Of a stretch of 64,000 bases of DNA, positions 1 through 10,984 are shown one piece after another. The first letter of the stretch is position 1. The number at the start of each line of letters is the position of its first letter. Origin of the DNA: a phage; sequence record PX104379.1; one strand, written 5' to 3'. The position numbers and the translations under genes are program-made. The notes below the pieces were generated by a model. It saw only the letters and a list, made by a program, of their open reading frames with translations, made no database searches and was not told where the DNA came from.

Positions 1-32
1 AATATATTAAAGCATATTAAAGAGGATTAAAA

Positions 33-2012
33 ATGACTTTATTATCTCCGGGCATTGAGCTCAAAGAAACTACGGTTCAAAGCACCGTGGTTAATAACTC
101 TACTGGTACAGCAGCTTTGGCCGGTAAATTCCAGTGGGGTCCTGCTTTTCAGATTAAACAGGTTACAAATGAAGTAGATTTAGTTAATACTTTTGGTCAA
201 CCAACCGCTGAAACTGCTGACTATTTTATGTCTGCGATGAATTTCTTGCAGTACGGAAATGACTTACGAGTAGTTCGTGCTGTTGATAGAGATACCGCTA
301 AAAACTCATCTCCGATTGCTGGTAATATTGAATACACAATTTCTACCCCAGGTAGTAACTATGCAGTTGGAGATAAAATCACGGTCAAATATGTTTCAGA
401 TGATATTGAAACTGAAGGTAAAATTACTGAAGTAGACGCAGATGGAAAAATTAAGAAAATTAATATTCCTACTGCAAAAATTATCGCTAAAGCTAAAGAA
501 GTCGGTGAATACCCAACATTAGGTTCTAACTGGACTGCAGAAATTTCTTCGTCTTCCTCTGGTTTAGCCGCAGTAATAACTCTTGGAAAAATTATTACTG
601 ATTCTGGTATTTTATTAGCTGAAATTGAAAATGCTGAAGCTGCTATGACAGCGGTTGACTTTCAAGCAAATCTCGAAAAATACGGAATTCCAGGAGTAGT
701 AGCTCTTTATCCAGGCGAATTAGGCGATAAAATTGAAATTGAAATCGTATCTAAAGCTGACTATGCAAAAGGAGCTTCTGCATTACTCCCAATTTATCCA
801 GGTGGTGGTACTCGTGCATCTACTGCTAAAGCAGTGTTTGGATATGGACCACAAACTGATTCACAGTACGCTATTATAGTTCGTCGTAATGATGCTATTG
901 TTCAAAGTGTTGTTCTTTCAACTAAGCGCGGTGAAAAAGATATTTACGATAGTAACATCTATATCGATGACTTTTTCGCAAAAGGTGGTTCAGAATATAT
1001 TTTTGCAACTGCACAAAACTGGCCAGAAGGCTTCTCTGGAATTTTAACTCTGTCTGGTGGATTATCATCAAATGCTGAAGTAACAGCAGGAGATTTGATG
1101 GAAGCTTGGGACTTCTTTGCTGACCGTGAATCTGTTGACGTTCAACTGTTTATTGCGGGTTCTTGTGCTGGTGAATCTTTAGAAACAGCATCTACTGTCC
1201 AAAAACACGTCGTTTCAATTGGTGATGCTCGCCAGGATTGCTTAGTATTGTGCTCACCACCACGTGAAACTGTAGTTGGAATTCCTGTAACTCGTGCAGT
1301 AGATAATTTAGTTAACTGGAGAACTGCGGCAGGTTCATACACTGATAATAACTTTAATATCAGTTCAACCTATGCAGCAATTGATGGTAACTACAAATAT
1401 CAGTATGACAAATATAATGATGTGAATCGTTGGGTTCCATTAGCAGCTGATATTGCTGGTTTATGCGCGAGAACCGATAACGTTTCTCAGACTTGGATGT
1501 CTCCAGCTGGTTATAATCGTGGCCAGATTCTTAACGTTATTAAACTTGCTATTGAAACTCGCCAGGCTCAGCGCGACCGTTTATACCAAGAAGCTATCAA
1601 CCCGGTAACTGGTACAGGTGGCGATGGTTACGTATTGTATGGTGATAAAACAGCTACTTCTGTTCCTTCTCCGTTTGATCGTATTAACGTTCGTCGTCTG
1701 TTTAATATGTTGAAAACGAATATCGGACGTAGTTCAAAATATCGTTTGTTCGAATTAAACAACGCGTTTACTCGTTCATCATTCCGCACAGAAACTGCCC
1801 AGTACTTACAGGGAATTAAAGCTCTCGGTGGAATTTATGAATATCGTGTAGTTTGCGATACAACAAATAACACTCCGTCAGTAATTGATAGAAATGAGTT
1901 TGTTGCAACATTCTACATCCAACCGGCTAGAAGCATTAACTACATTACCTTAAACTTCGTAGCAACTGCTACCGGTGCAGATTTCGATGAGTTAACTGGT
2001 CTTGCAGGTTAA
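33..2012 (+). CDS. 18: Tail sheath protein gp18
   Basis: 659-aa ORF; N-terminus MTLLSPGIELKETTVQ and length match T4 gp18 as recalled; followed by tail tube gene. Confidence 0.95.
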   Translation: MTLLSPGIELKETTVQSTVVNNSTGTAALAGKFQWGPAFQIKQVTNEVDLVNTFGQPTAETADYFMSAMNFLQYGNDLRVVRAVDRDTAKNSSPIAGNIEYTISTPGSNYAVGDKITVKYVSDDIETEGKITEVDADGKIKKINIPTAKIIAKAKEVGEYPTLGSNWTAEISSSSSGLAAVITLGKIITDSGILLAEIENAEAAMTAVDFQANLEKYGIPGVVALYPGELGDKIEIEIVSKADYAKGASALLPIYPGGGTRASTAKAVFGYGPQTDSQYAIIVRRNDAIVQSVVLSTKRGEKDIYDSNIYIDDFFAKGGSEYIFATAQNWPEGFSGILTLSGGLSSNAEVTAGDLMEAWDFFADRESVDVQLFIAGSCAGESLETASTVQKHVVSIGDARQDCLVLCSPPRETVVGIPVTRAVDNLVNWRTAAGSYTDNNFNISSTYAAIDGNYKYQYDKYNDVNRWVPLAADIAGLCARTDNVSQTWMSPAGYNRGQILNVIKLAIETRQAQRDRLYQEAINPVTGTGGDGYVLYGDKTATSVPSPFDRINVRRLFNMLKTNIGRSSKYRLFELNNAFTRSSFRTETAQYLQGIKALGGIYEYRVVCDTTNNTPSVIDRNEFVATFYIQPARSINYITLNFVATATGADFDELTGLAG

Positions 2013-2028
2013 TACGGTGCATTCTAAA

Positions 2029-2046
2029 GGCCTGTTTCGGCAGGCC
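2029..2046 (+). terminator. Hairpin after gene 18
   Basis: GGCCTG-TTTCGG-CAGGCC stem-loop; no clear U tract. Confidence 0.4.
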
Positions 2047-2047
2047 A

Positions 2048-2055
2048 TATAAATA
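2048..2055 (+). promoter_or_regulatory. T4-type late promoter TATAAATA
   Basis: Exact TATAAATA in 18-19 intergenic region. Confidence 0.5.
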
Positions 2056-2106
2056 CACTATATCCTTAATTCTTTAATTCTATATGCCCTAGGTTAAACA
2101 TAGGGA

Positions 2107-2114
2107 TATAAATA
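2107..2114 (+). promoter_or_regulatory. T4-type late promoter TATAAATA upstream of gene 19
   Basis: Exact TATAAATA 15 bp before gene 19 ATG. Confidence 0.55.
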
Positions 2115-2128
2115 CTACAGAGGCTAAT

Positions 2129-2620
2129 ATGTTTGTAGATGATGTAACACGAGCGTTTGAATCTGGTGATTTTGCTCGACCTAACTTATTCCAAGTAGAA
2201 ATTTCTTATCTTGGACAAAATTTTACGTTCCAATGTAAAGCCACTGCTTTACCAGCTGGTATTGTAGAAAAAATTCCAGTCGGATTTATGAACCGTAAAA
2301 TTAACGTAGCAGGCGATCGTACATTCGATGACTGGACTGTTACAGTAATGAACGATGAAGCTCATGATGCTCGCCAGAAGTTTGTTGATTGGCAAAGCAT
2401 TGCTGCAGGACAAGGAAACGAAATTACTGGTGGAAAACCTGCAGAGTATAAAAAGAGCGCTATCGTTCGTCAATATGCTCGTGACGCTAAAACAGTAACA
2501 AAAGAAATTGAAATTAAAGGTCTGTGGCCTACTAACGTGGGTGAACTTCAATTAGATTGGGATTCAAACAATGAAATCCAAACCTTTGAAGTAACTCTTG
2601 CTCTCGATTATTGGGAATAA
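2129..2620 (+). CDS. 19: Tail tube protein gp19
   Basis: 163-aa ORF immediately after gene 18, matches T4 gp19 length and sequence as recalled; late promoter upstream. Confidence 0.93.
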   Translation: MFVDDVTRAFESGDFARPNLFQVEISYLGQNFTFQCKATALPAGIVEKIPVGFMNRKINVAGDRTFDDWTVTVMNDEAHDARQKFVDWQSIAAGQGNEITGGKPAEYKKSAIVRQYARDAKTVTKEIEIKGLWPTNVGELQLDWDSNNEIQTFEVTLALDYWE

Positions 2621-2652
2621 AATGAATGGGGAGAAATCCCCATCCTGCTTAA

Positions 2653-4277
<1,625 letters not shown>

Positions 4278-4278
<1 letters not shown>

Positions 4279-4517
4279 TGGAAGGTTTAATTGAAGCTAT
4301 TAAATCAAACGACCTCGTAGCCGCTCGTAAATTATTTGCTGAAGCCATGGCTGCAAGAACGACTGATTTAATTAAAGAAGAAAAAATCGCTATCGCTCGT
4401 AATTTCTTAATCGAAGGTGAAGAACCTGATGACGAGGATGATGACGAAGACGAAGATAGTGATGATAAAGACGACAAAAAAGACAAAGACTCTGACGAAG
4501 ACGAGGATGATGAATAA
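4278..4517 (+). CDS. 67: Prohead core protein gp67 with acidic D/E-rich C-terminus
   Basis: 79-aa ORF overlapping gene 20 stop; poly-acidic tail typical of T4 gp67. Confidence 0.8.
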
Positions 4518-4942
4518 TGCTTCTGATCCCTGAAACTCATGAATTAGTTCTCGAGAATGTCGAAGCACTTATTCCTGAAGCACAGGGTCGCTTTGACGAA
4601 TTGTCTTCTGCTTTAAATAAAGACGATATAAATACAATTGTCGAGAATATGCTTGATGATGAAACTGATTTAGCGGTTGCATTAGCTTCTATTAATGAAA
4701 ATATGCCGTTAAATGAATTTATCGTTAAACATGTTTCTGCCCGTGGTGAAATTACTCGCACTAAAGATCGCAAAACCCGCGAACGTAATGCATTTCAAAC
4801 TACCGGGTTGTCTAAAGCAAAACGTAGACAAATTGCTCGTAAAGCTACCAAAACGAAGATTGCCAATCCAGCAGGTCAATCTCGTGCTCAGCGTAAGCGT
4901 AAAAAAGCTCTTAAACGCCGTAAAGCATTAGGATTAAGCTAA
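4517..4942 (+). CDS. 68: Prohead core protein gp68
   Basis: 141-aa ORF between 67 and 21, basic C-terminus; positional and size match. Confidence 0.8.
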
Positions 4943-5580
4943 TGAATGAACCCCAATTACTAATTGAAACTTGGGGTCAACCTGGCGAAATTATTGATGG
5001 CGTGCCAATGCTTGAATCCCATGATGGGAAAGACTTAGGTTTAAAACCTGGTTTATACATCGAAGGAATATTCATGCAAGCGGAAGTCGTCAATAGAAAT
5101 AAACGTCTTTATCCAAAACGTATATTAGAAAAAGCGGTAAAAGACTATATTAATGAGCAAGTTTTAACTAAACAAGCTCTCGGAGAATTAAATCATCCTC
5201 CACGCGCTAATGTTGACCCGATGCAAGCCGCTATCATTATAGAAGATATGTGGTGGAAAGGAAATGACGTATACGGACGAGCTCGTGTTATTGAAGGTGA
5301 CCATGGTCCTGGAGATAAATTAGCAGCTAATATTCGTGCCGGATGGATTCCAGGAGTTTCTTCTCGTGGATTAGGTTCATTGACTGACACAAATAAAGGT
5401 TATCGTATCGTAAACGAAGGATTCAAATTAACTGTAGGTGTTGATGCAGTATGGGGTCCAAGTGCTCCAGATGCATGGGTAACTCCTAAGGAAATTACCG
5501 AATCACAGACGGCGGAAGCCGATACAAGTGCCGATGACGCCTATATGGCTCTCGCAGAGGCCATGAAAAAAGCGTTATAA
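4942..5580 (+). CDS. 21: Prohead core scaffold protease gp21
   Basis: 212-aa ORF, position and size match T4 gp21. Confidence 0.92.
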   Translation: MNEPQLLIETWGQPGEIIDGVPMLESHDGKDLGLKPGLYIEGIFMQAEVVNRNKRLYPKRILEKAVKDYINEQVLTKQALGELNHPPRANVDPMQAAIIIEDMWWKGNDVYGRARVIEGDHGPGDKLAANIRAGWIPGVSSRGLGSLTDTNKGYRIVNEGFKLTVGVDAVWGPSAPDAWVTPKEITESQTAEADTSADDAYMALAEAMKKAL

Positions 5581-5583
5581 ATA
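5576..5583 (+). promoter_or_regulatory. T4-type late promoter TATAAATA upstream of gene 22
   Basis: Exact TATAAATA overlapping gene 21 stop. Confidence 0.6.
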
Positions 5584-5610
5584 TTATTATCTAAACAACA
5601 GGACTACAAA

Positions 5611-6420
5611 ATGCTTAAAGAACAACTGATTGCCGAAGCGCAGAAAATTGATGCTTCCGTTGCTCTTGATAGTATTTTCGAATCAGTTAATATTTCTCCG
5701 GAAGCAAAAGAAACTTTCGGCACTGTATTCGAAGCTACCGTCAAGCAGCACGCCGTTAAATTAGCTGAATCTCATATCGCTAAAATTGCTGAAAAAGCAG
5801 AAGAAGAAGTAGAAAAAAATAAAGAAGAAGCAGAAGAAAAAGCTGAGAAGAAAATCGCTGAGCAAGCTTCTAAATTCCTTGACCATCTTGCAAAAGAATG
5901 GCTCACTGAAAATAAATTAGCAGTAGATAAAGGCATCAAAGCCGAACTGTTTGAATCCATGCTTGGTGGATTGAAAGAGCTCTTCGTTGAACACAACGTT
6001 GTTGTTCCAGAAGAATCAGTTGATGTTGTAGCTGAAATGGAAGAAGAACTGCAAGAACATAAAGAAGAATCAGCTCGTCTGTTCGAAGAACTCAATAAGC
6101 GTGACGCATATATCAATTATGTGCAGCGTGAAGTGGCATTGAGCGAAAGTACTAAAGATCTGACTGAGTCTCAAAAAGAAAAAGTCTCTGCTCTGGTCGA
6201 AGGTATGGATTATTCAGATGCATTCTCAAGTAAATTGAGTGCAATCGTAGAAATGGTGAAGAAATCTAATAAAGATGAAAGCACTATTACTGAGAGTATA
6301 AATACTCCTGATACTGAAGCAGCCGGACTGAATTTCGTCACTGAAGCTGTAGAAGATAAATCTGCACAAGGTGCAGAAGATATTGTAAGTGTATATGCGA
6401 AAGTCGCATCTCGTTTCTAA
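5611..6420 (+). CDS. 22: Prohead core scaffold protein gp22
   Basis: 269-aa E/K-rich coiled-coil protein between 21 and 23. Confidence 0.9.
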   Translation: MLKEQLIAEAQKIDASVALDSIFESVNISPEAKETFGTVFEATVKQHAVKLAESHIAKIAEKAEEEVEKNKEEAEEKAEKKIAEQASKFLDHLAKEWLTENKLAVDKGIKAELFESMLGGLKELFVEHNVVVPEESVDVVAEMEEELQEHKEESARLFEELNKRDAYINYVQREVALSESTKDLTESQKEKVSALVEGMDYSDAFSSKLSAIVEMVKKSNKDESTITESINTPDTEAAGLNFVTEAVEDKSAQGAEDIVSVYAKVASRF

Positions 6421-6438
6421 TTTTAAAGGTTAACACAA

Positions 6439-8004
6439 ATGACTATCAAAACTAAAGCTGAACTTTTGAACAAATGGAAGCCATTACTGGAAGGTGAAGG
6501 TTTACCGGAAATTGCTAATAGCAAACAAGCGATTATCGCTAAAATCTTTGAAAACCAGGAAAAAGATTTCCAGACAGCTCCGGAATATAAAGACGAAAAA
6601 ATTGCTCAGGCATTCGGTTCTTTCTTAACAGAAGCTGAAATTGGTGGTGACCATGGTTACAATGCTACCAACATCGCTGCAGGTCAGACTTCTGGCGCAG
6701 TAACCCAGATTGGCCCGGCTGTTATGGGTATGGTACGTCGTGCTATTCCTAACCTGATTGCTTTCGATATTTGCGGTGTTCAGCCGATGAACAGCCCGAC
6801 TGGTCAGGTATTCGCACTTCGTGCGGTATATGGTAAAGACCCAATCGCTTCCGGCGCTAAAGAAGCATTCCACCCAATGTATGGTCCAGATGCAATGTTC
6901 TCTGGTCAGGGTGCTGCTAAGAAATTCCCGGCTCTGGCTGCTGACACACAAACTACAGTAGGTGATATCTATACTCACTTCTTCCAGGAAACTGGTACTG
7001 TATATCTGCAAGCTTCTGCTCAAGTAACACTTGATTCAGGTGCAACTGATGCAGCTAAATTAGATGCTGAAATTAAGAAACAAATGGAAGCAGGTGCACT
7101 GGTAGAAATCGCTGAAGGCATGGCTACTTCTATCGCCGAACTTCAGGAAGGTTTTAACGGTTCTACCGATAACCCATGGAATGAAATGGGCTTCCGTATC
7201 GATAAACAAGTTATCGAAGCTAAATCTCGCCAGCTGAAAGCTGCTTACTCTATTGAATTAGCACAAGACCTCCGCGCTGTTCATGGTATGGATGCTGATG
7301 CTGAACTGTCTGGTATTCTGGCTACCGAAATTATGCTGGAAATCAACCGTGAAGTTGTTGATTGGATTAACTACTCTGCTCAGGTTGGTAAATCTGGTAT
7401 GACCCTGACTCCGGGTTCTAAAGCTGGTGTATTTGACTTCCAGGACCCAATCGATATTCGTGGTGCTCGCTGGGCGGGTGAATCCTTTAAAGCTCTGTTG
7501 TTCCAGATTGACAAAGAAGCAGTTGAAATTGCTCGTCAGACCGGTCGTGGTGAAGGTAACTTCATTATCGCTTCCCGTAACGTAGTTAACGTTCTGGCTT
7601 CAGTTGATACCGGCATTTCTTATGCTGCACAAGGTCTGGCTACCGGCTTTAACACTGATACTACCAAGTCAGTATTTGCTGGTGTTCTGGGTGGTAAATA
7701 CCGTGTATATATCGACCAGTATGCTAAACAGGATTATTTCACTGTAGGTTATAAAGGTCCGAACGAAATGGATGCTGGTATTTACTACGCTCCATATGTA
7801 GCTCTGACTCCACTGCGTGGTTCTGATCCGAAGAACTTCCAACCGGTAATGGGGTTCAAAACTCGTTACGGTATCGGTATCAACCCATTTGCAGAATCCG
7901 CTGCTCAGGCTCCGGCTTCTCGCATTCAGAGTGGTATGCCTTCTATCCTGAACAGCCTTGGTAAGAACGCTTACTTTAGACGTGTATATGTTAAAGGTAT
8001 CTAA
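6439..8004 (+). CDS. 23: Major capsid protein gp23
   Basis: 521-aa ORF, N-terminus MTIKTKAELLNKWKPLLEGEG as in T4 gp23. Confidence 0.97.
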   Translation: MTIKTKAELLNKWKPLLEGEGLPEIANSKQAIIAKIFENQEKDFQTAPEYKDEKIAQAFGSFLTEAEIGGDHGYNATNIAAGQTSGAVTQIGPAVMGMVRRAIPNLIAFDICGVQPMNSPTGQVFALRAVYGKDPIASGAKEAFHPMYGPDAMFSGQGAAKKFPALAADTQTTVGDIYTHFFQETGTVYLQASAQVTLDSGATDAAKLDAEIKKQMEAGALVEIAEGMATSIAELQEGFNGSTDNPWNEMGFRIDKQVIEAKSRQLKAAYSIELAQDLRAVHGMDADAELSGILATEIMLEINREVVDWINYSAQVGKSGMTLTPGSKAGVFDFQDPIDIRGARWAGESFKALLFQIDKEAVEIARQTGRGEGNFIIASRNVVNVLASVDTGISYAAQGLATGFNTDTTKSVFAGVLGGKYRVYIDQYAKQDYFTVGYKGPNEMDAGIYYAPYVALTPLRGSDPKNFQPVMGFKTRYGIGINPFAESAAQAPASRIQSGMPSILNSLGKNAYFRRVYVKGI

Positions 8005-8019
8005 TCTTTGACGATTTAA

Positions 8020-8040
8020 GGGACCTTCGGGTCCCTTTAG
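8020..8040 (+). terminator. Intrinsic terminator after gene 23
   Basis: GGGACC-TTCG-GGTCCC stem with UUCG tetraloop followed by TTT. Confidence 0.7.
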
Positions 8041-8052
8041 TTGTTTTTATGG

Positions 8053-8060
8053 TATAAATA
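8053..8060 (+). promoter_or_regulatory. T4-type late promoter TATAAATA upstream of gene 24
   Basis: Exact TATAAATA about 30 bp before ATG. Confidence 0.6.
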
Positions 8061-8087
8061 AATCATATAAACCAAAAGGAAAGCGCA

Positions 8088-9371
8088 ATGGCTAAAATCA
8101 ACGAACTTCTGCGCGAATCAACCACAACGAATAGCAACTCAATCGGTCGCCCAAATCTCGTTGCTTTGACTCGCGCTACCACTAAATTAATATATTCTGA
8201 CATTGTAGCAACGCAAAGAACTAATCAACCTGTTGCTGCTTTTTATGGTATCAAATACCTTAACCCAGACAACGAATTTACATTTAAAACTGGTGCTACT
8301 TATGCTGGCGAAGCTGGATATGTAGACCGAGAACAAATCACAGAATTAACAGAAGAGTCTAAATTAACTCTCAATAAAGGCGATTTATTCAAATATAATA
8401 ATATCGTTTATAAAGTATTAGAAGATACACCATTTGCTGATATTGAAGAAAGCGATTTAGAATTGGCTCTTCAGATTGCAATTGTTCTTTTAAAGGTTCG
8501 TCTATTTTCTGACGCAGCGTCAACAAGCAAATTTGAAAGCTCTGATAGTGAAATTGCGGATGCTAGATTCCAGATTAATAAATGGCAAACCGCAGTTAAA
8601 TCTCGCAAACTTAAAACTGGTATCACAGTTGAATTAGCACAAGATTTAGAAGCAAATGGATTCGATGCTCCTAATTTCTTGGAAGATTTGCTTGCAACTG
8701 AAATGGCAGATGAAATCAATAAAGATATTCTGCAGTCTTTGATTACAGTATCAAAACGTTATAAAGTTACAGGAATTACTGATACTGGATTCATTGATTT
8801 GAGTTATGCATCTGCACCTGAAGCTGGTCGTTCATTATACCGAATGGTATGTGAAATGGTTTCGCATATCCAAAAAGAATCAACTTATACAGCAACGTTC
8901 TGTGTTGCTTCTGCTCGTGCCGCTGCGATTCTTGCTGCATCTGGTTGGTTAAAACATAAACCAGAAGATGACAAGTATCTTTCACAAAATGCCTACGGGT
9001 TCTTAGCTAATGGTTTACCGCTTTATTGCGATACTAACAGCCCATTAGATTATGTAATCGTTGGCGTAGTAGAAAATATCGGTGAAAAAGAAATTGTTGG
9101 ATCAATTTTCTATGCTCCGTATACAGAAGGTCTTGACTTAGATGACCCTGAACATGTAGGTGCATTTAAAGTTGTAGTTGATCCAGAAAGTTTGCAGCCA
9201 TCTATCGGTTTATTAGTTAGATATGCTTTATCTGCAAATCCTTACACTGTAGCAAAAGATGAAAAAGAAGCAAGAATAATTGATGGTGGAGACATGGATA
9301 AAATGGCGGGTCGTTCAGATTTGTCTGTTTTATTAGGTGTTAAGCTACCAAAAATTATTGTTGATGAATAA
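8088..9371 (+). CDS. 24: Capsid vertex protein gp24
   Basis: 427-aa ORF after gene 23, gp23 paralogue by position and size. Confidence 0.93.
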   Translation: MAKINELLRESTTTNSNSIGRPNLVALTRATTKLIYSDIVATQRTNQPVAAFYGIKYLNPDNEFTFKTGATYAGEAGYVDREQITELTEESKLTLNKGDLFKYNNIVYKVLEDTPFADIEESDLELALQIAIVLLKVRLFSDAASTSKFESSDSEIADARFQINKWQTAVKSRKLKTGITVELAQDLEANGFDAPNFLEDLLATEMADEINKDILQSLITVSKRYKVTGITDTGFIDLSYASAPEAGRSLYRMVCEMVSHIQKESTYTATFCVASARAAAILAASGWLKHKPEDDKYLSQNAYGFLANGLPLYCDTNSPLDYVIVGVVENIGEKEIVGSIFYAPYTEGLDLDDPEHVGAFKVVVDPESLQPSIGLLVRYALSANPYTVAKDEKEARIIDGGDMDKMAGRSDLSVLLGVKLPKIIVDE

Positions 9372-9377
9372 AACAAA

Positions 9378-9400
9378 GGGACCTTTCGGTCCCTTTTTAT
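9378..9400. terminator. Bidirectional terminator between gene 24 and rnlB
   Basis: GGGACC-TTTC-GGTCCC followed by TTTTTAT; T-rich on both strands. Confidence 0.7.
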
Positions 9401-10405
9401 TTAACTTACCAATTCAATCCAAGCCGGACGAAGTACATCTTGTACCATTTTAACTAATTCCTTTTTAATCAAAGAAGGATTATCGGCTTGAGTTAAAGTA
9501 ATACCTTCACGAGAAGTTTCTTCCAAAATATCTTGAACAGTTAGTCCCATCACCTTTCCAAAATCTTTTGGACCAATTTCGCCAATTTTAGAAATAACGT
9601 TATTTACTCGGTTTAGTGTAACGTAACAAGCTAAAATCCCCACCAATTTGTTATCAGCTTCTGACAGTTCAACTTTAGCTTTAATAGGCTTATCAGACTT
9701 TTTCTTTTCACTAAATTTAGAATTCTTGCATTTGATGGCTACACGATTGCGATTAGGCAGCCAAGAAGGATAACAAGGTTTCAATACATATCCTTCAGCG
9801 GTAAATACTTCGCCTTTGGCTTCAGCTTTCCAAACACATTTGTTAGCGTCAATTAAACCTGCATTATCTACGGTAAAATTATAAGACGGAACAACAGAAT
9901 CCAAATCATTTGGAAGTTTAATAAGATCTTCAAATTTACCACGACCCAAAAGTGGAGCGATTTTAAACCCAAATGAATTACAAAACGATTCCATCATGTA
10001 ATCATCAACATAAGTTACATCACCACTTTCGGTAGTGACAATAATGTCAAATACATAAAAATCTTTATCGCCATAATCAACATTCTTCTGAATGCCAGGT
10101 CCAGCGAATTCGCCAAAAACTTGATAAGTCACAACAGCTGAAGTTTCCATAATTTCTTGGACAGCTTTAATAGAATCTTCGTAATTCTTTAAAATAATTT
10201 CATAACCGAAGAAATCTTCAGCAGGAAGAATCGGTCCAGTACGTTTAGCGCAAGTTACTTTATCACGCTCAATAATCAATGAGAAATTTGTGCCGTGAAT
10301 CTTTTCACGAGCTACCCATTCGCCGCTAGTCAATCCCAAGCTATAAAGTTTTTCAATAAATTTAAAGTTGTAATGATTTTCAAGACTGCTATACTTTTTA
10401 AACAT
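9401..10405 (-). CDS. rnlB: RNA ligase 2 (Rnl2)
   Basis: 334 aa; nucleotidyltransferase lysine motif KIHGTN near N-terminus; matches T4 Rnl2 as recalled. Confidence 0.9.
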   Translation of the reverse strand: MFKKYSSLENHYNFKFIEKLYSLGLTSGEWVAREKIHGTNFSLIIERDKVTCAKRTGPILPAEDFFGYEIILKNYEDSIKAVQEIMETSAVVTYQVFGEFAGPGIQKNVDYGDKDFYVFDIIVTTESGDVTYVDDYMMESFCNSFGFKIAPLLGRGKFEDLIKLPNDLDSVVPSYNFTVDNAGLIDANKCVWKAEAKGEVFTAEGYVLKPCYPSWLPNRNRVAIKCKNSKFSEKKKSDKPIKAKVELSEADNKLVGILACYVTLNRVNNVISKIGEIGPKDFGKVMGLTVQDILEETSREGITLTQADNPSLIKKELVKMVQDVLRPAWIELVS

Positions 10406-10414
10406 AATTAATCC

Positions 10415-10693
10415 TCAAAATGTAATTTCTAACCAATCACCATCACGCTGATCACTATTGACTTTAAAATTAAATCCTTCTTTTCTCAGCCAATCACCAA
10501 TTTCCTCAGTAATCAATTTATCGCGAGCAGTACAATAATAACTAAAATATGTTTTACCTTGTTCAGCTGCTTTATTAGCAAGTTCTGAAAAATCTTTAAT
10601 AAAACACTCTAGCTTAAACTGTTTACTTTTTAATGCTTTTTCACGTAATTGATTAGCAAAAGATTCATTTTCATAAAGATCATACTGTTCCAT
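10415..10693 (-). CDS. Hypothetical protein (position of T4 24.2)
   Basis: 92-aa ORF, start overlaps next gene; no recognisable motif. Confidence 0.55.
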   Translation of the reverse strand: MEQYDLYENESFANQLREKALKSKQFKLECFIKDFSELANKAAEQGKTYFSYYCTARDKLITEEIGDWLRKEGFNFKVNSDQRDGDWLEITF

Positions 10694-10895
10694 TTTTCAC
10701 CTTTTTATTGATATGTCTTTTTCTATAGACAACTTTTTCTCGAGTTTCAAATTTATTCTTAGCAGTCATAGCTCGAGCCCATAATACAGCCACTTCTTTC
10801 GCCTGTAAGTTTAATTCACGAGCAATTTCAATAAATGACTTTCCAGACTCATGAAGAGTAAACACCACAACCTCAGTTCTCATAATCAATCTCAT
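10680..10895 (-). CDS. Hypothetical small protein with helix-turn-helix-like segment (position of T4 24.3)
   Basis: 71-aa ORF; GKSFIEIARELNLQAKEVAVLWARA resembles an HTH. Confidence 0.5.
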   Translation of the reverse strand: MRLIMRTEVVVFTLHESGKSFIEIARELNLQAKEVAVLWARAMTAKNKFETREKVVYRKRHINKKVKNGTV

Positions 10896-10957
10896 GTTAT
10901 CGAGTTGGTGCCATTATATACATCATTTTCTGATTGTGTTTTGTATGCTTTCAAAAT

Positions 10958-10978
10958 GAAGAAAGGGGCCGAAGCCCC
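10958..10978 (-). terminator. Terminator after hoc
   Basis: Minus strand GGGGC-TTCG-GCCCC followed by TTTCTTCATTTT. Confidence 0.65.
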
Positions 10979-10984
10979 TTACGA

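Noticed and set aside
1142-1342. Short antisense ORFs inside large structural genes (for example 1142-1342, 2249-2551, 6625-7023, 53035-53277, 58581-58784)
   Set aside because: Fully embedded in well-supported genes on the opposite strand with no independent signals; this applies to most 60-160 aa antisense ORFs in the track
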